Part shown: in pieces, positions 17,121 through 27,297 of the stretch
How the letters are laid out: each line of letters opens with the position of its first letter
How positions within the stretch are numbered: the stretch's first letter is position 1
Origin: an uncultured Thermococci archaeon
GTDB taxonomy: Archaea; CAYQAE01; CAYVLA01
DNA length: 42,626 bases
Direction of reading: 5' to 3'
Assembly: GCA_964549615.1 (NCBI GenBank)
Contig: CAZJVP010000044.1
Coordinates: 1 to 42,626, forward strand
The notes under the pieces: generated by a model
The model's input: the letters and a program-made list of their open reading frames with translations, nothing else
Databases searched by the model: none
What the model was told of the DNA's origin: nothing
Position numbers and translations under genes: made by a program

Positions 17121-20036
17121 TCACGTCCCGACCCGGTACGACCTGGCTCCCCGCACGGGCGTGAACCAAAACTTGCCACGGCGCTTCTCTGGACGAATCA
17201 TCCCCAAAAGCTTTCCTGCCGGATCGTAAGCCCTCAGCTTGAATCCGCGCAGGTCCGCCTTGAAGCCGATCTCATCGTTGCCGCCGATGTCGATCAGCAC
17301 ACTCCTGCCCCTCCTGTACTCCATCACCAGGCCCCCTTTTCCCGCGAGCCACTCATTTTCGAAGAACCGGTCCCGGCCATCAAGGTAAACGTACTCGTTC
17401 GAGACGACCTGGTCAACCCGGATTCCATCCACCAGCGTTGAGCCGGCGAAGAAACCTCGGCCGTCAAGGGCGCAAAAACCGTTGGGCGGAATGACGTACT
17501 CCTTCCTCCGGAATCGCACACCCCAGTCCTTGGTCCTTGACCAGTTCACAAAGACGTGAAATCCGCGCGGGTACTCAACGTGGAGTTTGGACTCCGCGAT
17601 GGCTCCCGTCGCCAGCGCGGTCGATGTTGAGAGCCACCTTCCCTCCTCGTCCGCGTACTCCATCCTCACTGGCCTCTTCATGGCGTAGCGCTTGCTCACC
17701 TGCTGTATGAGGTAGTACGAGCGGCAGGTCCGCCGGATCCCGTGGGATTCCTCGACGAGCCAACCGATGTGCCCGTAGGCTATCGTGGCCGCGATGAAGC
17801 GGTCGATCGAGGCATCGATGTTCTCTGGCGAGTCCCATCCCGGCTTCTTGTAGAACCCGGCGGTCCATGGCATTCCGATGTCGCATTCCAAGGGGTGGAT
17901 CTTAAGCAGATCGAAGGCCACGTTCAAAGGCTCCTCGGATAGGTCCACGTTCGTGTAGGCAAGCCCGTAGTTGCCCGACGCAAGGCCCGCGTAAAGCCAC
18001 TGATAGGTTCCCTCCGAGAACGTGGGGCCGTAGACTTTCTGATCGTTCAACAGGATCTCACCGTACGCGTAGAAGGTGGACGCGAATGTTCCGGCCCCCG
18101 GCACCCGGGCGTCGTAGTCGCAGTAGGCCCAGGGCGCGACGGCCGTGTGCACGTCGGTGTACGCCGAGTTGGGCCGAAACCTCCTCTTGATGATGGGCGC
18201 GAGCTCGGCATCGCGCTCGACCGCCCGCGAGGGCTTCAGGACGTAGCATCTTGGCCAACCTTGTCGCCACTCACCCTCGGGCGTGCGTTCAACGTCGTCC
18301 TCATTCCAGTACTCGTTGACGGGGCAATAGTCGCAGTAGTTCGTGTAGAGGCCGCATAGCCAACCAAGCGACCGTTGCGCGGTTACGTATCTCCTGAGCC
18401 CCTCGTCGCCGCCCTTCCCCGGCGCCGCCCTCGTGCGCAGCGTGAAGCTCTCCCCGCCATCCCTCCAGGTTATCTCGTGGTTGCACTGGATGAGCTTACG
18501 GATGCCGTAGGACCTTAGGTTCTTGGACCGTGCGTGCTCCTTCGCGTAGTCCTCCGGTCCCCAGCTCTCCTGCCAGAGCCTTTCGCCAGCGACCCTGCCC
18601 CACGGCGAGGGCGGGTTGGGTATGGTCGGGAGGGTTTCCTCGAAGACCGGCGATACCGTCAGAAAGATCCTTTCGAAAAGATCGTTTCGCTTCCCGTCGG
18701 TCCTAGGAATGTACCTGACGCCCCCATTGATCTTTGCCTCGTCGCCGCGCACCGAGTCCTCCGAGTAGAGCTCTGACCCGTTCGACCGGTACCAGTCGAT
18801 CCAGACGGACGCGAAGGCCGGCCCCCTGTCCGTATCCATCAGGAGGACCCGAGGGTTTGAGGCGCCGAAGGTAAGGTATGGCACGAGCACAAGGCGCGGG
18901 TTCCGAACGCCTGCCATGGTCCCGAGCGACAGTTCCTTGGCACGTCCGCCTAGGCAGAAGACGTCAAGGACCAACGACTTCCCCATGATGTGTAGCCTTA
19001 TCTCAACCAGCGCCGAATCGAGCTGAAAAACCGCCCGAATCGATCCCCTCTTGACTCCAGCCGAAACGAGCGTCCCTTGCCCTGGTTCATCCACAAATCG
19101 AACTCCTGCACCCTTCATCGGCAGCCACTCGTGCGACCCGTTCAAGGACACGGTGACGTCGCTAAGGCTGCCCGTCCTGGGCCTGTACCGATACACCACG
19201 TGCGCGTCCGCTCCATCGTATCGAAGTTCGAATTCCCCGGGCCCCTTCTCCTCTATCGAGTTCCTGAACCTCTTCTGCAGGTTGGACGGAAGGATGGTCT
19301 CCCTGCGCGTGGGGAATGGCAACCTTCCCTTGCCCGTGCCGTTCAGCCCATGCCCTTGGCCGGGAAAGGGTTTGATGTTGCGCGCGGGCCGGGGCTTGAA
19401 GGCAAGGGGCTTCAGCTCTTCCTTGTAGAGCACAAGCGAGTCGAAGTAGAGCACCCTGTCCTCCTGATTTGCTGCGCCTAGGACCTCAAGGCCTGCGAAG
19501 CCAGCCGGCAACCTCATCCGGTCAAGCATCTCCTGGGGGATCTTCTTGTGGACAAGCCACCATTCCTTCCACCTCACCTCGGTCAGGGGAACGCGGAAGA
19601 CCTCCCCGGCCGAATCCTCGATCAACAGGGCCAGCTCCACCTGAGGCGTTGAGGGGTCCGTGACCCAGCCCCAGTTGTTGCCGTAGCACCAGAGATTCAC
19701 GCAGTCAAACGGGTCTGAAACCCTGACTGCCACCGGCGGCGAGATGACGATACGGCTCTCCTTGGATGTGCCGCGGTAGGTCAGCTTGCCGACGAACTGG
19801 CCCCACATCTGCTGCTCCCTGCTGCGAGAAAACCTAGCCTTGGCTCCCTTGAAGGTCAAAACCTTCCAGCCCGCAAGATCCTCGAAATCAACGAGCGGTG
19901 GACGGTCCTCCCTTCTCCCCGCCCATGTCATCTCGTAGGGGCGGGCGCCGGTTACCTCTTCTGCGACGGAGCTCTCGGCAGGGACGATTTCGTCGGGTTG
20001 ATCGCTCAGACCCACAGGAGCCGACGACCAAGACAT
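17121..20036 (-). CDS. Large putative glycoside hydrolase (GH129/GH101/DUF5696-like barrel)
   Basis: GGDEGLRRYV...LGWLCGLYTNYCDY, AYTDVHTA, DYDARVPGAG, TFSEG resemble GH129/GH101-type cores. The ORF-track N-terminal extension overlaps the divergent UroD gene, so the start is set at ATG 20036. Confidence 0.6.
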   Translation of the reverse strand: MSWSSAPVGLSDQPDEIVPAESSVAEEVTGARPYEMTWAGRREDRPPLVDFEDLAGWKVLTFKGAKARFSRSREQQMWGQFVGKLTYRGTSKESRIVISPPVAVRVSDPFDCVNLWCYGNNWGWVTDPSTPQVELALLIEDSAGEVFRVPLTEVRWKEWWLVHKKIPQEMLDRMRLPAGFAGLEVLGAANQEDRVLYFDSLVLYKEELKPLAFKPRPARNIKPFPGQGHGLNGTGKGRLPFPTRRETILPSNLQKRFRNSIEEKGPGEFELRYDGADAHVVYRYRPRTGSLSDVTVSLNGSHEWLPMKGAGVRFVDEPGQGTLVSAGVKRGSIRAVFQLDSALVEIRLHIMGKSLVLDVFCLGGRAKELSLGTMAGVRNPRLVLVPYLTFGASNPRVLLMDTDRGPAFASVWIDWYRSNGSELYSEDSVRGDEAKINGGVRYIPRTDGKRNDLFERIFLTVSPVFEETLPTIPNPPSPWGRVAGERLWQESWGPEDYAKEHARSKNLRSYGIRKLIQCNHEITWRDGGESFTLRTRAAPGKGGDEGLRRYVTAQRSLGWLCGLYTNYCDYCPVNEYWNEDDVERTPEGEWRQGWPRCYVLKPSRAVERDAELAPIIKRRFRPNSAYTDVHTAVAPWAYCDYDARVPGAGTFASTFYAYGEILLNDQKVYGPTFSEGTYQWLYAGLASGNYGLAYTNVDLSEEPLNVAFDLLKIHPLECDIGMPWTAGFYKKPGWDSPENIDASIDRFIAATIAYGHIGWLVEESHGIRRTCRSYYLIQQVSKRYAMKRPVRMEYADEEGRWLSTSTALATGAIAESKLHVEYPRGFHVFVNWSRTKDWGVRFRRKEYVIPPNGFCALDGRGFFAGSTLVDGIRVDQVVSNEYVYLDGRDRFFENEWLAGKGGLVMEYRRGRSVLIDIGGNDEIGFKADLRGFKLRAYDPAGKLLGMIRPEKRRGKFWFTPVRGARSYRVGT

Positions 20037-20217
20037 GGACCAGCCGCTGCATTTCGCCTCTTTAGGGTTTTGGCCGGTGGGTCGTGAGCACCGCGAACCA
20101 ACGCAAGGATGATGGAGCCTCGAATCCCGCCAGGGTGGAAAAAAGAGGGCATGGCATGGACACGACATCTTTTTCAGATCCGGAATGTTCCGAGGCCATC
20201 CCACGGAAGGTGGACAC

Positions 20218-21297
20218 ATGGACTCCAGGGAAAGGGTTACGGCATTGCTCAACCTCGAGGAGGCCGACAGGATAGGTTTCGTCGACGGGCCATGGCGCGA
20301 GACCGTTGAACGGTGGGAGACGGAAGGGCTCCCCGAGGGCATATTCATTAACGAGTTCTTCGGCATGGACATCTACGGGATCGGGGTCGACACCTCACCG
20401 AAGTACGACTCCATAACCTACGAGGAGGGCGAGACCTGGCGGCTGGTCAGGGACTCCAGCGGCGTCAAGCAGAGGGTCTGGCGAGATAGGTCCGGCGTGC
20501 CCCTACCCGTCGAGCCCGCTGTCAGCAACCTAGACGAGTTCAAGGAGCGCATCGAGCCCATGCTGGATCCGGACTTCCCCATCAGGATCTCAAGCCCCAA
20601 GTACCCTTTCAAGGCTGATGTCGAGAAGGTCGTGCAGAGATTCCAGAAGAGGTTCTTCGTGACGGCCAACGTGGTCGGGCCCTACGAGTATGCCAGGCAC
20701 ATCTGCGGGGGCCATAGGGGGGTCCTGAAGGCAATGATGGCAGACCGCGCATTCGCCTCCCGCATGTACTCGGCCCTGGGCCGATTCCTGTCCGGCATCG
20801 CCAAGGGTCTCCTTGACGCAGGCGTGGACGGGCTTTGGATGTTCGACGACATCGGGTTCTCCAATGGACCCTTTTTCTCCCCAAGGGTCTATCAGCGATA
20901 CCTTCAGCCCGCCCACCGACGCATCTGTGCGCCGTTCCGAAAGCGGGGCCTTCCGACCATCCTCCACACAGATGGGAACGTCGAGCCGCTCATACCCGAC
21001 ATCGTGCGGGCAGGCTTCACGGTGCTTCAGCCGCTCGAGGCCAAGGCCGGGATGGACGTGGTGAAGCTGAAACGCATGTACGGCGACAGGTTGGCCTTCA
21101 TGGGAAACATAGATGCCAGAACTCTGTCCACCAACGATGCGGAGAGGATAGCGGCGGAGGTGCGGACCAAGATCGAGGCAGCCTCCCAAGGAGGCGGGTA
21201 CGTCCTCGGCTCCGATCACTCGGTGCCACCGACGGTCTCCCTGGAGGCGTTCAGGTTCTTCTCCAGCCTGCCGAGAAAGATCGGTAGGTACTGCTGA
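20218..21297 (+). CDS. Uroporphyrinogen decarboxylase / MtaA-CmuA methyltransferase-like family protein
   Basis: MDSRERV...EEADRI, GVDGLWMFDDIG, GPFFSP, ILHTDGN, LQPLEAKAGMD, LAFMGNID, GGGYVLGSDHSVPP. SD GGAAGGTGG. Confidence 0.9.
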   Translation: MDSRERVTALLNLEEADRIGFVDGPWRETVERWETEGLPEGIFINEFFGMDIYGIGVDTSPKYDSITYEEGETWRLVRDSSGVKQRVWRDRSGVPLPVEPAVSNLDEFKERIEPMLDPDFPIRISSPKYPFKADVEKVVQRFQKRFFVTANVVGPYEYARHICGGHRGVLKAMMADRAFASRMYSALGRFLSGIAKGLLDAGVDGLWMFDDIGFSNGPFFSPRVYQRYLQPAHRRICAPFRKRGLPTILHTDGNVEPLIPDIVRAGFTVLQPLEAKAGMDVVKLKRMYGDRLAFMGNIDARTLSTNDAERIAAEVRTKIEAASQGGGYVLGSDHSVPPTVSLEAFRFFSSLPRKIGRYC

Positions 21298-21306
21298 TGT
21301 CGATGC

Positions 21307-22191
21307 TCACGCCCCGCCCAATTCCCGCGCGTCCAAGCATCCCAGGATGTAACCTTTCCTGCTCGAGGTAGCTGCGACTTTCGGTTGGGCATAACAGTAC
21401 ACACAGCCATTCGGACACGGGTAGTACCAGCCGATGTCCCTGCTGCTCGTGCAAAGGCACAGCTTTCGCTGGCCGGCTGCCCTCTTGAGGGTGCAGCTTT
21501 TTCCCTTCGGGTGCAGGCTCGACAAGACCCCTCCGTTGATGCAGCCGAAGCCGGGCAGGAAGGGCTGGGTGCAGCACCCCTTGACATTGATCCCGAAGCT
21601 CCTTGCCCACTCGTTCAGCGTGCGCGCCTGCCTTCGCTTCAGAGACGGGCTTGCCTCAAGCTCTACAAATCCGAGGGCGGCCAGCCTCCTCCGAACCCTG
21701 GGGTAGATGGTTGCCCAAGAAACCGTGAACTCGCGTACGTCATGCTCCCTGCACCGCTGGGCTATCTCTGGAAACATGTGGAAGTTCGTCAGCACATGGC
21801 CCTGCGCATCGGCCAGGTTGAGTATCGGATCGAATCTGACGTTCACCCTCTTGGGAGATCCGACGATCTCTATCAGCTTCGGCAGCATATCTAGCGTCTT
21901 GCTATGGTCGGGGACTCCGGGCTCAAGAAATGAGGAGCCAAGTCCGGTCACCGACAACTGGACGTAGATCTGGTCGTATTCGAGAAGCCGTTGCAACAGC
22001 TCCCGGCGGTCCCTGCGGAAAAGAAGGGATGGCGTCTTTGTCCAAAGAACGACCGAGTGGACCGTCTCCGGCGGAAACTTTTCCAAAGCCTCCAGGAAGC
22101 GGTCGGGGAAGTGGAGAAGCTCGGTCCTCCTGCTGGCCGACAGGACTACCCTTCCCGTCGCCGTCCCTTGATCGCCCCCTATCCAAGCCAT
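21307..22191 (-). CDS. DUF1848 family protein (radical-SAM/SPL-related fold)
   Basis: VVLSASRRTE, VVLWTKTP, LEPGVP, VRFDPI, QRKLCLCTSSRDIGWY, CPNGCVYCYA. SD GAGGTGAG. Confidence 0.88.
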   Translation of the reverse strand: MAWIGGDQGTATGRVVLSASRRTELLHFPDRFLEALEKFPPETVHSVVLWTKTPSLLFRRDRRELLQRLLEYDQIYVQLSVTGLGSSFLEPGVPDHSKTLDMLPKLIEIVGSPKRVNVRFDPILNLADAQGHVLTNFHMFPEIAQRCREHDVREFTVSWATIYPRVRRRLAALGFVELEASPSLKRRQARTLNEWARSFGINVKGCCTQPFLPGFGCINGGVLSSLHPKGKSCTLKRAAGQRKLCLCTSSRDIGWYYPCPNGCVYCYAQPKVAATSSRKGYILGCLDARELGGA

Positions 22192-22574
22192 CGATCGCTC
22201 ACCTCGAGGCGGCCTGGGCTCCGTGAACCTGAGTGGTGCGAAGCTTAAACGATATTTCCTAGGTTAACCCTTTGCCCGCATAGCCCGCGGCAACCCACGA
22301 AGCGGTGCCGGGCTTCGGCTTCATGCAGCGCGAGGCGTCTGCCCGGCCGGCCACCCGCAGACCAATCCCCACTCTTACCTTAGGAACATGGCGGGATGCA
22401 AAGTGGGATCCGGAAAAAGAAGCAACCTACGCATGCCCAGAGAAGAGGCCACTTGGCGGCAGGGAGCCCTGCGACGGTAGTTAGCTTCCGGCGTTCTTCC
22501 GCGATTAGCCATGTGCAGGCGAGCTGAACCAGACCCCGCCCGTTAGGGGATATGCCCCCCAGCCAGCCACGGGA

Positions 22575-23015
22575 TCAGACCGGCGGGCTCGGCTCGTTCA
22601 CGGACGGCGGCTTCATCTCCCTCCACGTCTTGGCCAATCGGCTCAGTTGCCCCGAGACCTTGCCGAGCTTCTCCTCCGTGACGGGCTCCGCATCCATCAC
22701 CTGCACCGTCCTGTCGCCCCTCATCGCCTTGAGCTCCTTGTAGATCTGGCTGTACAGGGTGAGTATCCCCTCCTTGTGCTTGGAGTCCATCCTGTCCAAC
22801 TCATCCCGCAGTCGGGCCACCTCGGATGAAAGGAACTCATAATCCTTCATGCCGGGCGCCTGCCGGATCGACTTATCCATGCTGTCCTGACGGGAAGCGA
22901 GGACTTTCAGCTCCTTCTCCAGTTCGTCCAGCCTCAAGGCCAACTCCATGAAGGTGTCGTTCGCATCGGCCGATCGTCCTCGACTGCCCTCTTTATGCCG
23001 TGAAAGCAGCCCCAA
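22575..23015 (-). CDS. Hypothetical coiled-coil protein
   Basis: Heptad-rich segments LALRLDELEKELKVL and LSSEVARLRDELDRM. Strong BRE-TATA upstream. Confidence 0.65.
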   Translation of the reverse strand: MGLLSRHKEGSRGRSADANDTFMELALRLDELEKELKVLASRQDSMDKSIRQAPGMKDYEFLSSEVARLRDELDRMDSKHKEGILTLYSQIYKELKAMRGDRTVQVMDAEPVTEEKLGKVSGQLSRLAKTWREMKPPSVNEPSPPV

Positions 23016-23048
23016 TGAACCACCCTGCGGCAGGGTGATCGAGGGCAG

Positions 23049-23062
23049 TATTATAACTTTTC
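23049..23062 (-). promoter_or_regulatory. Archaeal BRE-TATA promoter (GAAAAG-TTATAATA)
   Basis: Minus-strand GAAAAGTTATAATA lies about 35-47 nt upstream of start 23015. Confidence 0.65.
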
Positions 23063-23147
23063 ATTCATCACGCCGAAACCCTTGCGAGCGGCATGTTACC
23101 GTCAAGGATCGCGCGTTGCTCAGCCGACGGGAGCCCCCAGGCAGGAA

Positions 23148-24447
23148 CTAGCTCAACTTCTGCAGGACCGCGTATCTCGCTCCGTACAGATGAAGGTAGA
23201 GCCCGTACTCCCATGCGTCGTCCAAGTCGATAGGTTTAGCCCCGGGGTCAAGCCGTGGGACTTCCGAAGGTCGAATTGCCATGGTGCCGATCTCCAAGAC
23301 CGCCGCTTTCCTTGCCGCCGCGACATCCTGAACCATTTCCTTGAAGCGTGACTCCCCATAGCAGCAGGAGTGTTTGGTCGAGTCGAGAGGTCGCTTGGTT
23401 TTCGCCTCCCAAGCCTTCACGCCCCGTTCGAACTGTCTTTCGGTGATTCGCCCGCTCTTCCTTTTTAGAAAGAGCTCAAACGGATGCCCGGATTCAACCC
23501 TCCAACCCTCCCTGAACAGCAAAGCCTCCTTCGGGTTTGCTGCTTCAAACCAACGCTGGGAAATCGTCCAGGGCTTTCATCTGCTCCTTCATCCAAAGGC
23601 GTACGGCCGGGCTCTTGATCCTTTCGGGATCGCAATCGTACTCAAGCTCGCCACACGGCTCGCTTCCCGGCTGGGTGCCGATTAGGATAGTCCCTCCAGG
23701 CTTGGTGATCCTGATCAACTGGGAAATGGAGGTTCTCTGGTTCGTGTACTGCAAAGCCTGATATGAGATGCAACAGTCGAACACGCCATCGCGGAAAGGC
23801 GGCCTTTCAGCATCGGCCCTGACGAAGAGTATCCGCATGTAGCCTTCCGGATTCTCAAGCCTCGGAGGGGTGATGGAAAATTTTAGGATTGATAGGAGCC
23901 CTTGCTGGTCAGCGATCCCCCTGCGCGCCACCCTCAGCATCTCCATCGATATGTCGGCGGCCACGATCTTTGCATCCTTCGCTAGGTGGGGTTGAAGGAA
24001 GTGAAGCCAGAGGCCCGGACCCGTCCCCATGTCCAGGATCTTGCCTCCCCGAACGTGCCGGAGGATCCTAGCACGAAGCGCCTCCGACGCCACGAGGGGG
24101 ATGGTCCAGTATCCTCTGCTTGCACCGTCCCACTCACGTAGCACCGACCGCTTGTCCCTGGCGACGTACAGACGCCGCTCCTTCTCGGACTGCTCCCGCT
24201 TCATCTCGTCCTTCGCCGCCAGCGATCTTCCGCAGCTGCGGCAAGCAAGTTGAACTTCGGGGGTCTCACGTGCGAGCTGTAAGGCTTCCCCGCAATCGCA
24301 TCTCGGGAGGTAAAGGTCCGGAATGCCGTCCTCCACCGCGAACGACAGACCCTCTGGGCATGTCATGGACCAATCCTGCCATGTCAACTTGCGTCGGCAG
24401 AAGGGGCATGCAAGCCATTCGGCAGGAAAGAGGGACTCCTCTGACAC
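23148..24447 (-). pseudogene. Class I SAM-dependent methyltransferase with a Trm112-like Zn-ribbon N-terminus, split by a probable +1 frameshift near 23572
   Basis: WLACPFC...FAVEDGIPDL, ILDMGTGPG, VAADISMEML, RADAERPPFRDGVFD, RITKPGG. Deleting one base in the G-run at 23571-23573 joins ORF 23545-24447 to 23148-23522 (MKAWTISQRWFEAANPKEALLFREG...). Confidence 0.65.
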
Positions 24448-24797
24448 CGATCGCCGGTGCCTAGGACCTTTCTTAATTGTCTCGCCTTAAGCGTCTTCTC
24501 AGTCCTCATCAACCCCACAAGCCTGGCCTGCCCTGCTCTTGCACTTGCTGGGCCTCGGCCTGGGCTCCTTGGGCAGCGATTCTTCGATCTCTTCTCTGTT
24601 CCGTGTAGAGTATGAATTATCTCATGGATCCCGCCCAGCAAACAAGGCCCAACCAATCTGCGCTGCCGCTGCCGTAGGCGGAAAGACTTTTCAGAGGCAC
24701 AGGGGTACCAGACACGGGTTTGACTTGAAGGCCAAGGTCGGTCGGATCAAAACGAAGATCCCGAGAATAGGCAGGATTGATGCTAGGGGTGTTCTCA

Positions 24798-25214
24798 CTG
24801 GCCGTACGGGTGAGACTAAGGGTAAGGAAAGGAAGCCTAGCTAGGGACTTCGTGGCCTTGGTCAACAGCGGGTACGAAGCCGATACACCGCAGCTTCTGA
24901 TTCCGACGAACTTAGCAAGGGAACTGGGCCTTTGGCCGCCTCCCCTCGGGGCTGCCGAAGCGATCTTCGGAACCGCCGGGGGCCCCTTGAAAGTCTGAGC
25001 CATACCCCGCGCGGTTAAGGCGACAGTGGTGACGGAGGAATCCTCGTCCAAGGAAGTTGACGCGGATCTGGTCATCTCCCATCTCGCGGATGAACCTCTC
25101 ATAAGCGACGCGTTGGCCGGTGCCCTCGAGATTGCGGTTGAGGACATAGCCAAAAGGCTTTGGCGCTTCAGGTGGGAGCCGAAGAAGAAGCTGAGGAAGA
25201 GCGCTACGTCCTGA
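24798..25214 (+). pseudogene. Archaeal clan AA aspartic-protease-like small protein interrupted by an in-frame TGA
   Basis: AVRVRLR...ALVNSGYEADTPQLLIP...LGLWPP...TAGGPLKV*AIPRAV...VISHLADEPLISD...LWRFRWEP. ORFs 24777-24998 and 25026-25214 are in the same frame with a single TGA at 24996-24998. Confidence 0.75.
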
Positions 25215-25690
25215 CGCATGGAGTTTCTTCACTCTTCACCGCACTAAGCCGCCCATCCCTTGGCGAAAAGCAGCGATCCGGGCTCGTTGATCAATGTTCA
25301 CGAAGTGGGGGATGGGGAACCACTTGCCTAGGTGAAAGATGTAGTAAGATGTTTTCGCCAAGTTCCGTGGCGCGGCGGTCGGTCGTAGGGGGTACCCCAA
25401 TTCCATTCAATCCAGACTCCAGCAACAACGTTCTCCTTCCCTGCGGATATTGCCGTATGTAGCTTGCGGGGGCTTACAGTCTGAGTCCCGGCTTCGCATC
25501 CTCGTATCGTGAAAGGGAGTCGGCCGAATCTTGATCCCCGATTTCAGAAGCAGATACGGACGATTCTGATCCGCTCCGAAGCCACGCATGGAATCGCCGC
25601 GGCGGGCCTAGCTGTGGCCACCCTCTCCTCGTCCCCTGGGAACACAGATTCAAGTAACAGCGAATTGAAAGGATCGGAGACGATCTGCGT

Positions 25691-26200
25691 ATGCCGGACG
25701 TGACCTATTTCGACAGGACGAGCGACAAGGACCCTGAGGGCATGACCAGGCAAACCCTCAGGATCGCGAAGAAGCGGGCCAACGAGTTGGGCATAGACCA
25801 CTTCGTTGTGGCCTCATCCACCGGGCTCGTTGCCAGGATCGCCTCGGCCGAGCTTGCTGGCCGGAATCTGGTGGTCGTCGGGGAGGACAGGAGCTGGTAC
25901 GAGAAGGGCCTGCTCGAGGATCTCCGGATGAAGAAGATCCCGGTCCTGTTCAGCCGCGAATGCCCCTACAGCTATCCCGATGATGCGCAGGCCGCCCTAA
26001 GGCTTTTCTGCGAGGGGGCCAAGGTCTGTCCCGAGGTCGTGATGCTAGCCACCGACGGGGGCGCTGTGCCGAAGGGCACCGAAGTGATCGCGCTGGCGGG
26101 GACGGGATCGGGGGCGGACACGGCCATGGTTATCGCATCGGCGGGGAGCAAGGACTTCAGGCAGCTGAGGATCAGGGAACTCCTGTGCAAGCCGAGGTGA
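25691..26200 (+). CDS. Pyruvate kinase C-terminal (alpha/beta) domain-only protein
   Basis: VTYF...TLRIAKKRANELGIDHFVVASSTG, LRLFCEGAKVCPEVVMLATDGG, VIALAGTGSGADTA, IRELLCKPR. Confidence 0.88.
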   Translation: MPDVTYFDRTSDKDPEGMTRQTLRIAKKRANELGIDHFVVASSTGLVARIASAELAGRNLVVVGEDRSWYEKGLLEDLRMKKIPVLFSRECPYSYPDDAQAALRLFCEGAKVCPEVVMLATDGGAVPKGTEVIALAGTGSGADTAMVIASAGSKDFRQLRIRELLCKPR

Positions 26201-26466
26201 CCGAGGCCCGTTGCCCGGACCTGGACTGCCAAGATGAGCGCATTTCTGCGGGCCCAGCGTTGTGCGGCCGCCAAGCATCCCACGACCCCCTGGGAGGCGA
26301 CGAATACCCATACATCTATATCGCGGCTTGTCGATCTCGACGAGCCAGTTAAGCTTGCCTCCAAGGGAGGGGCGGTTCTCGGCAGCCCATCGACCGTGGC
26401 GCGGGAAGTGCGATGGATTCTGACGTAAGCCGTTCGGGGCGCGTGAGGCCAGAGAAGAGCTTCAAC

Positions 26467-27297
26467 ATGGGGGACTACACCGTCCGCGTGACGGACGATG
26501 AGGTCGAGGTCCGCAGCAAGAAAGGTAAGGAGTGGGGGCAGACCACCGTCTTCAGGAGGGCTTCCGTCAAGGCCTCCTATCTACCCGCGTCAAGAAAGCC
26601 GCTCATCGCCCTGTGGGCGGCCTATCCGTTCTATGCCCTCGGGTTCATGACGGTCTTCGTGGTCGACGGCATCCGGCAGTCCGACCAAGCCGCGGTTCTT
26701 GGCATTGCGCTCTCACTACTCCTGGTCCCCCTCCTGCTCCATCTCCTGCTTCCGACCACGATCTTCATCGCCGGCTGTGCGGTCCTCTTTTTGGCCGTCT
26801 TCTCCGCGCCAGAGGTTGGCCAGCTCGGAATCCTTTTCCAGGCAGCACAGGAGGCCGTCGGGAAGGGATACGTCGAGGCCTTCATCATGGGTGCCTCGCT
26901 GTTCCCCATCGCGCTGCACGCGATGATCAGACAGACGATCGTCAGGTACCGCCTGGTCCTGGAGGAAGGACCCAGACGCTTCGAGACCACGGCGTACGGC
27001 TCATCGAAATCCGCGCTGCTTCGCTGCATAAGGGAGGGGCCTCCCGAGAGGCAAGCTGGCTTTTCGCTAAGACGCCTCATCGAGTTCAGGCTTCCTTTCT
27101 TCTTCATGAGGCTAAGCAAGGAGCGGATGAAGAGTTGCCAGTACTGCGGCGAGAAGACGCTTTTGGAGTGCACAAGGTGCCGCACACCGATCTGCGGCTC
27201 CCATTACGGCACCCTGCATGGGTACAAAGTCTGCCCGGACTGCCTGGCTCAGCGCCGCGGGAAGACGAGGGAGGGCCTGCGTTGGATGAATCGTTGA
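26467..27297 (+). CDS. Membrane protein (about 4 TM) with a C-terminal Cys/His zinc finger
   Basis: Hydrophobic core followed by CQYC-x7-CTRC-x4-CGSH-x9-CPDC. Start uncertain (26413 or 26467). Confidence 0.7.
   Translation: MGDYTVRVTDDEVEVRSKKGKEWGQTTVFRRASVKASYLPASRKPLIALWAAYPFYALGFMTVFVVDGIRQSDQAAVLGIALSLLLVPLLLHLLLPTTIFIAGCAVLFLAVFSAPEVGQLGILFQAAQEAVGKGYVEAFIMGASLFPIALHAMIRQTIVRYRLVLEEGPRRFETTAYGSSKSALLRCIREGPPERQAGFSLRRLIEFRLPFFFMRLSKERMKSCQYCGEKTLLECTRCRTPICGSHYGTLHGYKVCPDCLAQRRGKTREGLRWMNR

Noticed and set aside
20037-20372. N-terminal extensions in the ORF track (also 5545-5715, 14791-14934, 31654-31935, 35828-35929, 37025-37429)
   Set aside because: They overlap neighbouring genes or promoters, are low-complexity, and better starts with SD or TATA support lie downstream.
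22200-22570. RNase P RNA or SRP RNA
   Set aside because: The size is suitable, but I found neither the GAGGAAAGUCC motif nor the SRP helix-8 GCCCGGAAGGGAGCA-type motif on either strand.
24384-24656. Short minus-strand ORF containing HEIIH (zincin-like HExxH)
   Set aside because: The motif is isolated in an otherwise non-protein-like ORF overlapping adjacent genes. It could be a remnant but cannot be supported.
24996-24998. Selenocysteine or genome-wide UGA recoding
   Set aside because: TGA is the normal stop for many genes here (e.g. 11191, 21297, 26200, 27297), there is no redox-Cys context, and a nonsense mutation is simpler.
25230-25690. Possible gene remnant in the intergenic gap (minus-strand 56-codon ORF with YYIFHLGKWFPIPHFVNID)
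   Set aside because: Too short, with no family I can confidently recognise. It would need blastx.
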